Shown here: positions 61,827-64,000 of the stretch, piece by piece
How positions within the stretch are numbered: the first letter of the stretch is position 1
How the letters are laid out: each line of letters opens with the position of its first letter
Assembly: GCA_049430665.1 (NCBI GenBank)
Contig: JBMTCG010000004.1
Coordinates: 5,110-69,109, forward strand
Source: Flavobacteriales bacterium
GTDB taxonomy: Bacteria; Bacteroidota; Bacteroidia; Flavobacteriales_C; GCA-002722245
Reading direction: 5' to 3'
Length of the DNA stretch: 64,000 bases
The notes under the pieces: generated by a model
Seen by the model: the letters and a program-made list of their open reading frames with translations, nothing else
What the model was told of the DNA's origin: nothing
Databases searched by the model: none
Position numbers and translations under genes: made by a program

Positions 61827-63041
61827 TTATACATTTTCAAATTCATTAATTAGTCTAACAAAAACCGCGTTTGTCCACGCGAAACCACTTTGAGTGGGGT
61901 ATCTATCGGGATTAAACTCACCAACACCTCTCTTAACAACATTGTGTTTTTCCCAAAACTTCCCTGTTTCTATAAATAATTCATGATTCATATCTAACCA
62001 TTTCTTGGCAATTCTTTCTGCATCATTTTTATATCCATAATTCAACAAACCTTTAACCACTATCCATTGCTGATGAGGCCATCCATTAGGACAATCGTGT
62101 TGTTTGGTGTATTCAGAAAGGTTATACGCCTGCGTATTTAGCACCCCTCCCTTACTTTCTAAAAGAGGTAAAATGTATTTTACAATTCGTTCAGCCTGTT
62201 TTTCGCTTGCCATTTTGGCCCATAAAGGATAGAATCCTGCCACAGAAATAAAACTACTTTGCTCACCCAAAAATTTATTGTAATCAAAAAAGAAGTTTTT
62301 TTCCTCATTCCACATTAACTCCATTATCATATTTTTTCTCTTAAGTGCCTGCTCTTTATAATACTTATGCTTATCGTAATTTTTTAAAAGGCGGAACACT
62401 TCACTCAAGTCTGTCTCATATTTATAAAGACAGGTATTTAAATCAATGGGTAAATAATCTAAACATCTATCATTAAATCGAGAGGTCATGTCCCACCCCG
62501 ATTCATGTTCGGCACCAAGGTGAGTAATAAAATGATCACAGTAGCGCGAAAGACCTTTATAAACAATGTGTTTCTCTGTTAGACCCTCACTCATCCAATA
62601 ATTTTTCAACTCCATTTCAGCTATGTTCACTGCCTTTTTTAGCCACAACAAATCTTTTGTATGTTCATAAATTTCTAAAGCCATGGATGTTAAAAAAGGA
62701 ATTTGAGAAGTACCAAGATTGTAGTACCTATTTCTCATCGGCATAATTCCAAAACGTTTGAACAAGTAAATAAAATTATCTACCATACCTTGAGCAAGTG
62801 ATACTTTATTTGATTTCACCAAACCCAAAATGGTAAAATAGCTATCCCAATAAAATTGATCTTTTTTAAAAATATCATCATTAGGCGATACATATTTATG
62901 AGGTAGCCCCAAATGTATCTGCCTATCAGAAGTATGAGAATAAGTTATTTTTGTCCAAAATCGCTCAATATAATCCAAGCTTAGTTTATAATTTTCTTTT
63001 TGTATCATATCATGTTTTTTGAAAATATTTAAATTCATCAT
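61827..63041 (-). CDS. Compact GH37 trehalase-like glycoside hydrolase, no signal peptide
   Basis: YWDSYF, ESGWD, PIDLN, PNGW, GFAWTNAV; alternative start at 63008. Confidence 0.85.
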   Translation of the reverse strand: MMNLNIFKKHDMIQKENYKLSLDYIERFWTKITYSHTSDRQIHLGLPHKYVSPNDDIFKKDQFYWDSYFTILGLVKSNKVSLAQGMVDNFIYLFKRFGIMPMRNRYYNLGTSQIPFLTSMALEIYEHTKDLLWLKKAVNIAEMELKNYWMSEGLTEKHIVYKGLSRYCDHFITHLGAEHESGWDMTSRFNDRCLDYLPIDLNTCLYKYETDLSEVFRLLKNYDKHKYYKEQALKRKNMIMELMWNEEKNFFFDYNKFLGEQSSFISVAGFYPLWAKMASEKQAERIVKYILPLLESKGGVLNTQAYNLSEYTKQHDCPNGWPHQQWIVVKGLLNYGYKNDAERIAKKWLDMNHELFIETGKFWEKHNVVKRGVGEFNPDRYPTQSGFAWTNAVFVRLINEFENV

Positions 63042-63043
63042 TT

Positions 63044-63110
63044 AAAAAAGCCGTAGTTTCTACTGAGGGAATAGGCAACTGAAGGTTAGGAAAGAAACTA
63101 CGGCCGGGGT
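63044..63110 (-). promoter_or_regulatory. Attenuator-like leader hairpin upstream of the trehalose operon
   Basis: gccgtagtttct-N31-agaaactacggc-tttttt on the minus strand. Confidence 0.6.
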
Positions 63111-63260
63111 TCAATCAGAATATTTTTTTGACATGAGTATTCATCCAATAGTAAACCAAAAGAGTTTGGCTCTGATTTACTAAACAATAGAATATTACAT
63201 GACATAACCGAGAAGAAATTCCTCAAAATTTCCCTCAATTAATAAATAGGAAGTATCGAC

Positions 63261-63602
63261 TTAAATTAAAAGGGAACAATACCGTATAGGGTAATCTATA
63301 CAGCAGAAAGGCAAGGTAGAATGGCATACTAAAACCTTTACTTTATTTAAACACAAAGACTCCTTTTTCTTTGCACCTAAATAAACATTATCTAAGCTAC
63401 AAACCTGCTTATACTTACTGTAATTGTTGTCGATGTATTTCACAACACACAAAATCTTTTTTACAGGCTGTCGCTGAGTTGAATAATCATACTTCACATG
63501 ATGAGAAGTAGGCAATAGAGCACTAATCATCAAATTAAAAGTGATGAATACAGCAGCTGAAAAAACAAAGAAGCAACTAATTATTTTAAATATTTTTTTC
63601 AT
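63261..63602 (-). CDS. Small hypothetical protein, N-terminal hydrophobic helix, Cys-rich C-terminus
   Basis: 113-aa ORF ending CCIDYPIRYCSLLI. Confidence 0.6.
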   Translation of the reverse strand: MKKIFKIISCFFVFSAAVFITFNLMISALLPTSHHVKYDYSTQRQPVKKILCVVKYIDNNYSKYKQVCSLDNVYLGAKKKESLCLNKVKVLVCHSTLPFCCIDYPIRYCSLLI

Positions 63603-63662
63603 TTAGTCTCTGTTGCTCCTTAAAGTAAAAAAAAATATTTGTAAAACCAAACTTTTTAACAT

Positions 63663-64000
63663 TTAACAAAACTTCGCTAAAAACTCATCTTTCTTAGCCG
63701 GCGACACATCCACCTCAGCCCCATCACTCATCGTTACAAATCCGCCTTTGCCTTTGGTATATTTTGTTACATATTGAATATTCACCAAATGCGATTTATG
63801 CACACGAACAAAATCAAACTCAGTTAAACAATCTTCATAGAATTTAAGTGTACGACAAATCATTAATTTCTTGCCCGATGTAAGATAAAAATTAGTGAAA
63901 TTATCTGCTGCTTCACAACGCACAACATCGGCAACATTAATCACTTCAAAACCTTCTAAAATGGGTAGTATTATTTTCTTCGTTTGCTTACTGATGCTCT
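63663..64000 (-). CDS. LytTR-family response regulator (partial, runs off the right edge)
   Basis: KIILPILEGFEVINVADVVRCEAADNFT, RTLK.YE, FVRVHKSHLVN. Confidence 0.92.
   Translation of the reverse strand, partial: SISKQTKKIILPILEGFEVINVADVVRCEAADNFTNFYLTSGKKLMICRTLKFYEDCLTEFDFVRVHKSHLVNIQYVTKYTKGKGGFVTMSDGAEVDVSPAKKDEFLAKFC

Overview
AT-rich chromosomal segment from a Bacteroidota bacterium, probably Flavobacteriales-like. The assignment rests on TAnnTTTG -7 promoter boxes, T9SS cargo and PorE-like genes, fused SecDF, DUF2851/DUF349/DUF5723 families and a fused TPS/TPP. Most of the window is housekeeping (thrS-infC-rpmI-rplT, aspC, apt, pyrF, prfA, purM, secDF, tatA, lhgO, acyl-CoA dehydrogenase/carboxylase) or envelope genes. 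I found no rRNA, tRNA, CRISPR array, transposase or integrase. Unusual items: (1) a ~6.0 kb two-component block (~14640-20640) whose two ends each break a different flanking gene, with no mobility signature; (2) clustered homopolymer frameshifts and in-frame stops at 12-20 kb and 41.7-42.6 kb, suggesting consensus errors or local decay; (3) a trehalose/ion-transport operon (compact, divergent GH37, TPS/TPP, CPA1, ClC) preceded by an attenuator-like hairpin with a tandem repeat in its loop; (4) two further unexplained structured intergenic elements (37670-37782 and 42700-42816); (5) a beta-barrel protein with TSP3 repeats and seven SPOR-like domains; (6) a TPR/CsgG lipoprotein, LPP20 lipoprotein and long helical rod protein in one apparent operon; (7) a catalytically degenerate serine hydrolase. 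All family assignments come from motif recognition by eye, not database searches.
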